A DNA stretch of 38,647 bases from a virus (Duplodnaviria; Heunggongvirae; Uroviricota; Caudoviricetes). Shown in pieces: positions 18,690 to 27,882 of this stretch. The stretch lies in the IMG/VR virus record IMGVR_UViG_2711768064_000004; one strand, given 5' to 3'. Under the pieces are notes generated by a model, which made no database searches, was not told where the DNA came from, and saw only the letters and a list, made by a program, of their open reading frames with translations. Position 1 is the first letter of the stretch, and the number at the start of each line of letters is the position of its first letter. Made by a program: the position numbers and the translations under genes.

Positions 18690-19063
18690 GCTGCTACCTG
18701 TTGCGCCATCTGATTACGGGTGATCCAGAAGGCAATAACGGTCAGCAGATAAAAGACCAGGGTAATGGCCCACCCCGTCCAGGCGAGACTTACAACAATC
18801 AGCAATCGCATCACCCAACTGATAAATACGTTTTCTTTTCGGGTAATTGTCTTCAGCAAAGATGCCCTTAACTCCTGCCAGAGCGGGCTATTCTTAATTA
18901 ACGCAGCCAGTGCTACCGGAATTACCGCCCATGTCAGCAAACAGGCTACCCAAACGCCGGACGCTGCCAGTACCGGAAAAATCCCCTGCGGATACACCAT
19001 TGCTGCGATTAACAACGCCATCCATAACATCAGAAACAGTCCGCTGATTAATTTCTTTTTCAT
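18686..19063 (-). CDS. lysA: LysA-like lysis-timing membrane protein
   Basis: Start taken at MKKKLISGLF immediately after the K stop; four predicted TM helices. Confidence 0.65.
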   Translation of the reverse strand: MKKKLISGLFLMLWMALLIAAMVYPQGIFPVLAASGVWVACLLTWAVIPVALAALIKNSPLWQELRASLLKTITRKENVFISWVMRLLIVVSLAWTGWAITLVFYLLTVIAFWITRNQMAQQVAA

Positions 19064-19064
19064 T

Positions 19065-19577
19065 TCAGTTTGCTCCCTGTAAACACCAGGCCCTCTCCCG
19101 CGCACGGCGGTTATCCAGCCCCTGATTAAACACACCTTTTACATAAACCCAGCGCGGCAACTGTCGGCACGCATCCGCCCAGCGCCGCTGATTGAGCAAT
19201 TTCACCAGCGTGGAGCTGCAGGCATTGCCTGTCCCCACGTTGAAGGCAAACGACACCACCGAGTCATACACCTTTTGTGGCGGCTGTTGCTTCACACATC
19301 TTTCCAGCGCCCGCTCCACACGCAGCACGTTGGAGATAAGCCCTTCTGCTGCCTGTCGTTCCGTAATGGTTTTGCCGGGAATGACGCCCGACGTATTACC
19401 AATGCCGTCAGTCCATACACCCGCGCTGCACTGATACGGCTGCAGACGACAGCCTTCGTAATCGGCAATCAGTTTCAGTCCTTCCACGGAGGTGTGAAGC
19501 TGCTGAAAACCCGGCAGCGTGGCAGCAATAGCCAGCACGGTCCCGACAAGGCAGCGTTTAACGATTGATGGATTCAT
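19065..19577 (-). CDS. K: endolysin (lysozyme, gpK-like) with N-terminal hydrophobic segment
   Basis: 170-aa ORF resembling P2 gpK / lambda R-type lysozyme; N-terminal hydrophobic stretch suggests signal-anchor-release type. Confidence 0.85.
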   Translation of the reverse strand: MNPSIVKRCLVGTVLAIAATLPGFQQLHTSVEGLKLIADYEGCRLQPYQCSAGVWTDGIGNTSGVIPGKTITERQAAEGLISNVLRVERALERCVKQQPPQKVYDSVVSFAFNVGTGNACSSTLVKLLNQRRWADACRQLPRWVYVKGVFNQGLDNRRARERAWCLQGAN

Positions 19578-19773
19578 AGTCCTCCCGCGTGATCTGCCCG
19601 TCGCGCAGAAGCTGGTAGGCTTTGTGTTTGTAGTACCAGTTGATAGCCAGCATCAGCACACCGATCATCAGGCCGCCCAGCGTTGAGGCATCCTTGATGG
19701 ACAAATCGCCCAGCCAGGCCAGCACGACGGCGATGCAATACGTGATAAAGGCGCTGATTCGCTCAAGCGTCAT
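19558..19773 (-). CDS. Y: holin (gpY-like)
   Basis: 71-aa protein with two hydrophobic helices and charged C-terminus; position between X and K. Confidence 0.7.
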   Translation of the reverse strand: MTLERISAFITYCIAVVLAWLGDLSIKDASTLGGLMIGVLMLAINWYYKHKAYQLLRDGQITREDYESINR

Positions 19774-19776
19774 AAT

Positions 19777-19980
19777 TCAGTCCCATAGCTGGACGGTCTG
19801 CACGGTGGTGGTTGTCGGAATGTCCGGCAGCTCCACCTGCAGCCCGTGAGGTAAAAAGGGGCCATATTCGGCAAGCCCCGGATTTGCCTTCAGTACCTGC
19901 TCCGTGACACCCTGCGTGCGCCCGTAATGACGCCAGCAAAGCGCGTCCACCGTGTCATACTGATGCGCACGCACTTTCAT
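19777..19980 (-). CDS. X: tail protein X
   Basis: 67-aa ORF resembling P2 gpX. Confidence 0.85.
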   Translation of the reverse strand: MKVRAHQYDTVDALCWRHYGRTQGVTEQVLKANPGLAEYGPFLPHGLQVELPDIPTTTTVQTVQLWD

Positions 19981-20507
19981 CAGATAAGCTCCACTGTGCA
20001 GTGCGGCGCGTCCTGTACCCGGCTGATGGCCCAGCGGGCGTCACGCCATAAATCACCGCTGGCTTCCGCCAGTTCCTCGCCCCGCTTCACACCGGATGCC
20101 GTGGCGTCATAGTCCTGGTAACGTTCGTTGAGCATGGCGCGTGCCCAGCAGTAAACCGCGTTGAAATAGTGCTGAATGCGCTCACTTTTGCCGTCCAGCT
20201 GTTCCGCCGGAACCTCTGCCAGCGAGGCATACCCCAGCATCTGCTGGCGTCTGCGAAACTCATACAGCTCTGCGTTGACCTCCGAAATTGCCGACAGCGC
20301 AACCTGCTTTAAACGCGGCTGCGTCACCGTGCCGTCAGTGCGCATGACACTGCGAAACTCCGACAGGTCCACATCAGGCCAGAACGGCGTATTTCTGATG
20401 ATTTCCGCCTGTTCCGGTGCCTGTTCTGGCGCAACAAACTTCATGCTGCTTTCTCCTGAAATAGAGGGCGGTGGACGGGGTTTTGATGTGGCAGTGCCTT
20501 TCGCCAC
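19980..20507 (-). CDS. L: head completion/stabilisation protein L
   Basis: Resembles P2 gpL; true start may be internal ATG at 20444 (MKFVAPEQ). Confidence 0.85.
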   Translation of the reverse strand: MAKGTATSKPRPPPSISGESSMKFVAPEQAPEQAEIIRNTPFWPDVDLSEFRSVMRTDGTVTQPRLKQVALSAISEVNAELYEFRRRQQMLGYASLAEVPAEQLDGKSERIQHYFNAVYCWARAMLNERYQDYDATASGVKRGEELAEASGDLWRDARWAISRVQDAPHCTVELI

Positions 20508-20539
20508 CCCGTGCCGCCCGTGCGCGGGGGCACGTTCTG

Positions 20540-21190
20540 TCAGCGGCTGTCATTGCGCAGTCTGCGCTCCAGCTGCTGTTTGTCTTTTTTCACGCCACAG
20601 CGGGGATCGAGCTGTAACGCATGGTTGAGATGATTAAGGGCAGACGCCGGATTGCTTTCACTCAGGACCGCGCCAATCGCTTTATGCAAACGCGCCCGTG
20701 ACTGGTCCGGCATATCCAGACCGTCTGTCAGCTCCAGCGTCTGCAGCAACAGATCGGCATCAAAGCCGGTGGTGGCAAGCATTGCGCTCTGCGCGGCGTC
20801 TGCCATTTCCTCTGCCAGCACGGTCTGCACGTTGCGGTTACCCAGCGGCATCACCCAGCCATGACGCAGGGCATGACGCCCGATCTCCAGTGCTCCGGCA
20901 TAATCTCCGGCATCAATGCGCCACAGCATCACGTACATCAGCACGTCATCCTGTTGAGCGCCTCCGGCAGCCAGGACACCCTCTGCCCAGGCGGCGTACT
21001 TCGGCAGCAGCTCCACCTTGATTTCCGCTTTTTTGACCGTGGACTGAACGCCCTTGAGACGGCGGCGGTCTTCCGCCAGTTGCAGCAGCATCAGGTCATA
21101 GCCCGATGCGTGGCGAACACTGCCGCCCTCGCGGGCGGCCTGTTCAGCCTGAACGCGCAGGCGATGCTGCCGTGCGGGACTCAGGCTCAT
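20540..21190 (-). CDS. M: terminase small (endonuclease) subunit M
   Basis: 216-aa ORF resembling P2 gpM. Confidence 0.85.
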   Translation of the reverse strand: MSLSPARQHRLRVQAEQAAREGGSVRHASGYDLMLLQLAEDRRRLKGVQSTVKKAEIKVELLPKYAAWAEGVLAAGGAQQDDVLMYVMLWRIDAGDYAGALEIGRHALRHGWVMPLGNRNVQTVLAEEMADAAQSAMLATTGFDADLLLQTLELTDGLDMPDQSRARLHKAIGAVLSESNPASALNHLNHALQLDPRCGVKKDKQQLERRLRNDSR

Positions 21191-21193
21191 GGA

Positions 21194-22252
21194 TTACGCT
21201 CCGGTTTCGGCTGCGGCGGCGCTGAAATCACCAATCTGGATGTTTTCCACCAGTGCGGCGCAGCGGTAGTCCTCAACCACATAGGCTTCGTTAACGGATT
21301 CAAAGTTTTCAATCCGGTCACGTTTCGGGTTGTCGATAACTGAACGGCGGCGGGTGTCTTCCTGCCAGTAGATGGACAGGTTATCCAGACGGGTGATCAG
21401 CAGCGCATTCGGCGGGAAGAACGGCGCACGCACGGCCTGCAGGCCACCCATGCGTTTCTGACTGATGATCATATCGGCAGCCAGTTTTTCACTGTTTTCC
21501 TGCTCTTTGTTGACCAGCGGGAAATACTTGTCAGACAGCAGTTCACGACCGCAAATCACCACCAGATCGTCATCGTCCTGATAGACCACTTCAATAAGCT
21601 CATTGACCGCATCCATCACCACGGCGTCCAGGTTGGCATATTCACCACCTTTCCCGACTTTCACCGCACCCGGTGTGGTTTCACCGCCCGTGGTAGTGCT
21701 GCCCATGACGTGATCCGGTGCATCCTCACGGATTTTCTGCAGCCAGCCTTTATTCACATCCTGCAGTAACGGGTTTTCGCTACGGTTGGAGGTTTTCGCA
21801 CGCTTCACGCCGTTAAAGCCGATCATGATGCGGTCCAGTGCCTGACGTTTCACGATGGCGTCACGGATACGCACCTGAAAATCCTGAAACTTCGCCCACA
21901 GGTCCAGCTTCGCGTAGGTCAGTACCGTGTCAAAGTTGGTCTGCTCGCATTTATATTCCACATCGACCATCAGCGTCGGATCGACAGGTTCACGCTCTTT
22001 CGCGGTGGTGTCAGTGGTTCCGGCAATGGTGCTGCCAACACCCAGCCCCAGCAGCTGACCGGACTGCTCAGTCACTGGCGTGACGTTAATCAGCGTCAGG
22101 AAAGCGGCGGACTGCTGGATCTGGTCTTCCAGCGTCTGCTGCACAGACGGCTCTACAGTGAACTTGCTGGACAGTTCTTCAACTGCCACACCGTTCAGAC
22201 GTGCCAGTTGCTGCAGGTAAGCGTTAAAAGCAAAGCGGGTATTCTTCTTCAT
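21194..22252 (-). CDS. N: major capsid protein N
   Basis: 352-aa ORF resembling P2 gpN. Confidence 0.9.
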   Translation of the reverse strand: MKKNTRFAFNAYLQQLARLNGVAVEELSSKFTVEPSVQQTLEDQIQQSAAFLTLINVTPVTEQSGQLLGLGVGSTIAGTTDTTAKEREPVDPTLMVDVEYKCEQTNFDTVLTYAKLDLWAKFQDFQVRIRDAIVKRQALDRIMIGFNGVKRAKTSNRSENPLLQDVNKGWLQKIREDAPDHVMGSTTTGGETTPGAVKVGKGGEYANLDAVVMDAVNELIEVVYQDDDDLVVICGRELLSDKYFPLVNKEQENSEKLAADMIISQKRMGGLQAVRAPFFPPNALLITRLDNLSIYWQEDTRRRSVIDNPKRDRIENFESVNEAYVVEDYRCAALVENIQIGDFSAAAAETGA

Positions 22253-22268
22253 CAGGTTTTGTGCTCCA

Positions 22269-23102
22269 TCAGCAATTGGTCAGAGTGTCAGCGGGGGCGT
22301 TACCGCCTGTTGCACGCTGGCGGTAGTCCTGGCGGCTGTCTTCATGACTCAGCTTATTCACCAGTTCGTTAAAGGCGGTTTGCTGCTCCTGCAGAGCAGT
22401 CTCCAGCTCAGACAGGCGTTCTTCCTGCTCAGACAGGGATTTTTCGGTGCGTGCGCTCAGGTTCTGCTGCTCAGTGGCGACCAGCTCCACGGCCTTATGC
22501 ACATCAGAGAACCGGGCGTCATCGGACTGCTCTTTTTTGGTAAACAGCGCCGTGACACGGGCAAACAGGGACGGCTTGTCCTCCTGGATTTCTTCCAGTT
22601 CGATCACCGTTTCCTCTGCAGCGGTAAAAAGATTGGCGGGATTCTGCTTGCGGTTTGCCAGCGGGTTATGGGCTGCACTGGCGCTGAATGTCAGCATTTC
22701 AGTGCCCAGACTGGCAGGATCATCAGTGGCCGCCAGGCCGACCAGGTAGGCTTTGCCCGTATCAGCAAACTTCGGGCTGACTTCCATAGAGGTGAATAAT
22801 TTCTGGCCTTTTTTCACCAGCTCCACCAGGGACTCCGTTGGCTCAACGTCGGCATACAGCGCCATCTTGCCCGCCAGCGGACCTTCCGTGATTTCTTCAG
22901 CAAACAGCGCCGTCACCTTGCCGTAGCGGTTAAAGGTGCTGTCCGGCAGATAAGACTTGATGTGCTCAAGGTTAATCAGCGCGGTATACACCGCCGGGTT
23001 GTAGCTGGCTGCCATCTGTTCCAGCCATTCACGCTGGATTTCACGTCCGTCGGTAGTGGCACCTTCCACCCCGATGCGAAAACGCTTTGCTTTCACTGTC
23101 AT
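22269..23102 (-). CDS. O: capsid scaffolding protein O
   Basis: 277-aa ORF resembling P2 gpO; coiled-coil C-terminal region. Confidence 0.9.
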   Translation of the reverse strand: MTVKAKRFRIGVEGATTDGREIQREWLEQMAASYNPAVYTALINLEHIKSYLPDSTFNRYGKVTALFAEEITEGPLAGKMALYADVEPTESLVELVKKGQKLFTSMEVSPKFADTGKAYLVGLAATDDPASLGTEMLTFSASAAHNPLANRKQNPANLFTAAEETVIELEEIQEDKPSLFARVTALFTKKEQSDDARFSDVHKAVELVATEQQNLSARTEKSLSEQEERLSELETALQEQQTAFNELVNKLSHEDSRQDYRQRATGGNAPADTLTNC

Positions 23103-23180
23103 GAGCCGTGCTCCGTTAGAAAAAACTTACTGGAGCCTTATGGTTGCGGTGATGGGGGCAGTGAAACAATGCGCGGTATT

Positions 23181-23198
23181 TGTACCGACAACCACACA
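23181..23198. promoter_or_regulatory. Ogr/B-type late activator site (TGT-N12-ACA) in the divergent P/O promoter region
   Basis: TGTACCGACAACCACACA about 87 nt upstream of O start; only one clear dyad was found for the two divergent operons. Confidence 0.4.
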
Positions 23199-23244
23199 AA
23201 CCGCAGGCGGGGAAAGCCGTCATTCAAGGCTGTAGGTTTGTGCC

Positions 23245-25011
23245 ATGAACACCACACTGACACCCGCAGATCTCGATCCCCGTCGGCAGGCCATGCTGCT
23301 GTACTTTCAGGGATACCGCGTAGCCCGCATTGCTGAAATGCTGGGCGAGAAAGTTGCAACCGTTCACAGCTGGAAAAAACGCGACAAGTGGGGTGACTAT
23401 GGGCCGCTGGATCAGATGCAGCTCACCACCGCCGCACGCTACTGCCAGCTCATTATGAAGGAGCACAAAGAAGGGAAAGATTTCAAAGAAATTGACCTGC
23501 TGGCGCGCCAGTCGGAACGCCACGCGCGCATCGGCAAGTTTAACAATGGCGGTAACGAAGCCGACTTAAACCCTAACGTCGCCAACCGCAACAAAGGCCC
23601 GCGCCGTCAGCCGGAAAAGAATATTTTCACCGATGAGCAGATTGAGAAGCTGGAAGAAATCTTCCATTCCTCCATGTTCAACTACCAGCGCCACTGGTGG
23701 GAAGCCGGAAAAACCAACCGCATCCGCAACCTGCTGAAGTCACGCCAGATCGGCGCGACCTTTTACTTTGCCCGTGAAGCCCTGATTGACGCCCTTCTGA
23801 CTGGACGTAACCAGATTTTCCTTTCCGCCAGTAAAGCACAGGCCCACGTCTTTAAACAGTACATCATCGACTTCGCCAAAGAAGTGGAGGTGGAGCTGAA
23901 AGGCGATCCGATGGTGCTTCCCAACGGGGCCACGCTTTACTTCCTCGGCACCAATGCCCGCACAGCCCAGAGTTACCACGGCAACCTGTATCTGGATGAA
24001 TATTTCTGGATACCGAAATTCCAGGAGCTGCGCAAAGTGGCTTCCGGTATGGCTATTCACAAAAAATGGCGACAAACCTATTTTTCCACGCCATCCAGCC
24101 TGACACACAGTGCTTATCCGTTCTGGTCCGGTGCGCTGTTCAACCGTGGGCGCAACAAAGCCGATAAGGTGGACATCGACCTGTCCCACAGCAATCTGGC
24201 CCCCGGCCTGCTGTGCGCAGACGGGCAATACCGCCAGATAGTCACCGTGGAAGATGCAGTGCGCGGCGGATGTAACCTGTTCGACCTCGATCAGTTACGC
24301 ATGGAGTACAGCCCGGACGAATACCAGAACCTGCTGATGTGCGAGTTTGTGGACGATCTCGCGTCTGTGTTCCCACTCAGCGAGCTGCAGGCGTGCATGG
24401 TGGACAGTTGGGAAGTCTGGACCGACTTTCATGCACTGGCCCTTCGCCCGTTTGGGTGGCGCGAAGTGTGGATCGGTTATGACCCGGCAAAAGGTACGCA
24501 GAACGGCGACAGCGCCGGATGCGTGGTGGTGGCACCGCCAGCCGTGCCGGGCGGTAAGTTCCGCATTCTTGAGCGTCACCAGTGGCGCGGGATGGACTTC
24601 CGCGCCCAGGCTGACGCCATCAAAAAACTGACCGAGCAGTACAACGTGACCTACATCGGCATCGACTCGACAGGTGTCGGCCACGGGGTTTACGAGAACG
24701 TGAAAGCGTTTTTTCCAGCCGTCCGGGAGTTTGTCTACAACCCCAACGTTAAAAACGCTCTGGTACTCAAGGCCTACGACATTATCAGCCACCGCCGTCT
24801 GGAGTTTGACGCCGGGCACACCGACATTGCGCAGTCATTCATGGCAATCCGTCGCGCCACCACCGCCAGTGGCAACCGCCCAACCTATGAAGCCAGCCGC
24901 AGCGAAGAAGCCAGCCACGCCGATCTGGCCTGGGCAACAATGCACGCACTGTTTAACGAACCGCTGCAGGGCGAATCCGCCAATACCAGCAATATTGTGG
25001 AGATTTTTTGA
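23245..25011 (+). CDS. P: terminase large (ATPase) subunit P
   Basis: 588-aa ORF resembling P2 gpP. Confidence 0.9.
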   Translation: MNTTLTPADLDPRRQAMLLYFQGYRVARIAEMLGEKVATVHSWKKRDKWGDYGPLDQMQLTTAARYCQLIMKEHKEGKDFKEIDLLARQSERHARIGKFNNGGNEADLNPNVANRNKGPRRQPEKNIFTDEQIEKLEEIFHSSMFNYQRHWWEAGKTNRIRNLLKSRQIGATFYFAREALIDALLTGRNQIFLSASKAQAHVFKQYIIDFAKEVEVELKGDPMVLPNGATLYFLGTNARTAQSYHGNLYLDEYFWIPKFQELRKVASGMAIHKKWRQTYFSTPSSLTHSAYPFWSGALFNRGRNKADKVDIDLSHSNLAPGLLCADGQYRQIVTVEDAVRGGCNLFDLDQLRMEYSPDEYQNLLMCEFVDDLASVFPLSELQACMVDSWEVWTDFHALALRPFGWREVWIGYDPAKGTQNGDSAGCVVVAPPAVPGGKFRILERHQWRGMDFRAQADAIKKLTEQYNVTYIGIDSTGVGHGVYENVKAFFPAVREFVYNPNVKNALVLKAYDIISHRRLEFDAGHTDIAQSFMAIRRATTASGNRPTYEASRSEEASHADLAWATMHALFNEPLQGESANTSNIVEIF

Positions 25012-26054
25012 TGAGTGAACCCGAAGCCTTAACCAGCTCAACGCCAACAGAAGCTACGGCGCCTAAAAACGCAGGCGTAACTGCCGAGGCTTTCAGCTTT
25101 GGTGACCCGATCCCGGTGCTGGATCGCCGCGAGCTGCTGGACTATGTGGAATGCGTACAGATGGACAGATGGTATGAGCCGCCAGTAAGCTTTGACGGGC
25201 TGGCGCGAACCTACCGCGCCGCTGTGCATCACAGCTCACCGATTGCTGTTAAGCGTGACATTCTCAGCAGTACCTACATTCCGCACCGCCTGCTCAGCCA
25301 GCAGGCTTTTGCCCGTTTCGTCCAGGACTATCTGGTGTTCGGTAACGCCTATCTGGAAAAGCGCACCAACCGGCTCGGCGGCGTGCTCTCGCTGGAGCCA
25401 GCACTGGCGAAGTACACACGGCGAGGCGTGGACCTCGACACCTACTGGTTTATGCAGTATGGCCTAACCACGCAGCCCTATGAATTCACGCAGGGTAACA
25501 TCTTTCATTTACTGGAGCCGGATATTAATCAGGAGATTTACGGGCTGCCCGGCTATCTTTCCGCCATTCCATCAACCCTGCTCAACGAGTCCGCAACGCT
25601 GTTCCGCCGGAAGTATTACATCAACGGCAGCCATGCGGGTTTCATCATGTACATGACCGACGCAGCACAGAACCAGGAGGACGTGAACAATATCCGCCAG
25701 GCAATGAAAAGCGCCAAAGGGCCGGGCAACTTCCGTAACCTGTTTATGTATTCGCCCAACGGCAAAAAAGACGGTATCCAGATCATCCCGCTGTCGGAAG
25801 TTGCGGCAAAAGATGAGTTTCTGAACATCAAGAACGTGAGCCGCGATGACATGATGGCAGCGCACCGCGTTCCGCCGCAGATGATGGGCATAATCCCCAA
25901 CAATACTGGCGGTTTTGGTGATGTGGAGAAAGCCAGCCGCGTGTTTGTACGAAATGAATTAATACCGCTTCAAGAAAGGATTAAAGAACTCAATGAATGG
26001 TTAGGGGATGAAGTTATTAGATTTGCGAAATATACACTCGACGACATAAGCTAA
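25008..26054 (+). CDS. Q: portal protein Q
   Basis: 348-aa ORF resembling P2 gpQ; coupled to P (ATGA overlap); last ~30 codons AT-rich. Confidence 0.9.
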   Translation: MMSEPEALTSSTPTEATAPKNAGVTAEAFSFGDPIPVLDRRELLDYVECVQMDRWYEPPVSFDGLARTYRAAVHHSSPIAVKRDILSSTYIPHRLLSQQAFARFVQDYLVFGNAYLEKRTNRLGGVLSLEPALAKYTRRGVDLDTYWFMQYGLTTQPYEFTQGNIFHLLEPDINQEIYGLPGYLSAIPSTLLNESATLFRRKYYINGSHAGFIMYMTDAAQNQEDVNNIRQAMKSAKGPGNFRNLFMYSPNGKKDGIQIIPLSEVAAKDEFLNIKNVSRDDMMAAHRVPPQMMGIIPNNTGGFGDVEKASRVFVRNELIPLQERIKELNEWLGDEVIRFAKYTLDDIS

Positions 26055-26069
26055 TTTTTTTATAAAATA

Positions 26070-26096
26070 TGGTGTCATCATATAACGATGACACCA
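26070..26096. terminator. hairpin terminator between convergent Q and the cargo operon
   Basis: Perfect 10-bp stem TGGTGTCATC / GATGACACCA with 7-nt loop; A/T-rich runs on the Q side serve as the U-tract for the minus-strand operon. Confidence 0.55.
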
Positions 26097-26102
26097 TCAC
26101 CT

Positions 26103-26798
26103 CTAAAACTTATCAATTTCCATACATGAAATAGCATCATTGAAAATCGAAAAATGCTCATCAGGAACCACTGCAGAAGCCCCACTGGTTAATTCAAAAC
26201 TAATCTTTGAACCAAGGTAAAACCCTCCAGCTTTTATTTTATCGAGTTTGAATTCACTATCCCCAACAAAAATCTTCAAATCATGCAAAGCATCGCCACT
26301 AGAATTCAATTCCAAACATGCTCTTGTTTTTTCAGTAACAGGAAGATTTGACACCTTCACTTTTGAAATGCCAAACACCTTTACGCCGAAATTTTCTCGA
26401 ATGACCCTCATGAAAGCTTTAAGATCTACGGTTAAATTTCCATAAGCAACATTTAATCCTTCGGCCTGAGATAAAAAATCGATAAAAGGTTTAACTGTTT
26501 TTGGAGGGTTGTAAAAAGTTAACAAACATATCTTATTGCTGAGGATTTGGATAGAAAAACTAATCTGATCAAATACAACCCTTTCGAATTCCAGCACCTC
26601 ACCGAATGGATCGGCAATTGGCTCTAAGACAACAGATTTTTTATTGAAAGTTGCAGTCATACCATTATGAATGGTTTCATACTTAGTAAAACCAGCACCA
26701 ATAGCATCAGAATAAGGCGTGTTTTTGATAAAATCAAAGACAGCCTCAGGGCTGGTCCTGATTTTTAATCTCATCCACTTCAATCTTAATTGTGACAT
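26103..26798 (-). CDS. hypothetical protein, third gene of cargo operon (no recognisable domain)
   Basis: Start at ATG 26798 with AAGGAG SD 6 nt upstream; 231 aa; AT-rich codon usage unlike flanking phage genes. Confidence 0.7.
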   Translation of the reverse strand: MSQLRLKWMRLKIRTSPEAVFDFIKNTPYSDAIGAGFTKYETIHNGMTATFNKKSVVLEPIADPFGEVLEFERVVFDQISFSIQILSNKICLLTFYNPPKTVKPFIDFLSQAEGLNVAYGNLTVDLKAFMRVIRENFGVKVFGISKVKVSNLPVTEKTRACLELNSSGDALHDLKIFVGDSEFKLDKIKAGGFYLGSKISFELTSGASAVVPDEHFSIFNDAISCMEIDKF

Positions 26799-26817
26799 AG
26801 CCACTCCTTATGATGTA

Positions 26818-27882
26818 TTAGCTGATTTCCATTATAATCGAATAAGCTCTATTTTCAATTAATTTATTAAATCGCTCAAGTTCTCTACCAGAGAGCTTTT
26901 GCGGTTTACTGAAATACTGTCCGTTTGCCTTATATTTTCTGACTCCCTTAACTAAATATGAGAAATTAGTACAATTGAGAGGATCACCAAACTGGGCCTC
27001 AAGCTCAAATATATCTGGATCTGCCAAGTTCTCCTTGACCTTCCATTTTATTTTCCAGATATAGAATCCTCTATCATAAAGATCGCTTAATTCATCAGAT
27101 TTTAGTACACCCTCCCCCTTAAGTGATGCCCTAGACACGTGCACTCCAGTTTCGGTGTTTCCATCTTCAGCCTCTATAGTTTCAGGCTTAGGGTGATATA
27201 CATAAGCATCCGTCACATCCAGTAACTCATAACCATCAAGTGTACGGATTAATTTATCGAAGAATAAAGTTCTAACATCAGCAGATGTATTGTGAGAGAG
27301 AGAAATTTCGTTTAATTTTAAATCAAGGTTACTATTATCCGCTTGCTCGTTCTGAATAGCGCTGATATGCCCCAGTAAAAGCCCCTCGTAATCTTCAAGA
27401 TTTTCATTATCTGGACGGCGGATACTGTAACCATTAGTAAGAGGCTCAATTTCAATTAACGCTTCTTTATTAATAGCCTGTTTGAAATCACTTTTGCCAT
27501 AATTAGTCGAAAGATACCTAATATTAATCAGAACTCGCGACCCATCCACGATTATTTTACAATAATCATCCTGCTCGGTAATTTCTTTCTTAAGTTTTTC
27601 TGCCGCGTCTATAATACCTTTCTTATCTATGTCAGTCTCAATTCTTACACATGTAATTTTTTCGGTCCTTGTCTGACCACCTAACAGGGTTGCAATTTTT
27701 TGATGCTCGTAATAATCATGAGTCATTCGAGAATAGTTTCTTGCTAATTCTTTTCGAGGAGTTTTTTTACATATGATCGTTCCTCTCTCTAAGAAAAGGT
27801 CTTGAATTTCATTTATGGTAATTTGCTTTTGGTTTAAAGCATCATACAAAGCTTTATCAGTTACGCTGTGAATATTTTTCAT
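26818..27882 (-). CDS. hypothetical protein, second gene of cargo operon (no recognisable domain)
   Basis: Start at ATG 27882 forming ATGA overlap with stop of the upstream gene; GGGAG SD; 354 aa. Confidence 0.7.
   Translation of the reverse strand: MKNIHSVTDKALYDALNQKQITINEIQDLFLERGTIICKKTPRKELARNYSRMTHDYYEHQKIATLLGGQTRTEKITCVRIETDIDKKGIIDAAEKLKKEITEQDDYCKIIVDGSRVLINIRYLSTNYGKSDFKQAINKEALIEIEPLTNGYSIRRPDNENLEDYEGLLLGHISAIQNEQADNSNLDLKLNEISLSHNTSADVRTLFFDKLIRTLDGYELLDVTDAYVYHPKPETIEAEDGNTETGVHVSRASLKGEGVLKSDELSDLYDRGFYIWKIKWKVKENLADPDIFELEAQFGDPLNCTNFSYLVKGVRKYKANGQYFSKPQKLSGRELERFNKLIENRAYSIIMEIS

Noticed and set aside
23239-23256. Second TGT-N12-ACA match
   Set aside because: Overlaps the P start codon itself, so it cannot be a promoter element for P; probably chance.
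23740-24819. Minus-strand ORFs of 162 and 174 aa
   Set aside because: Lie inside terminase gene P on the opposite strand; no RBS or homology signal.
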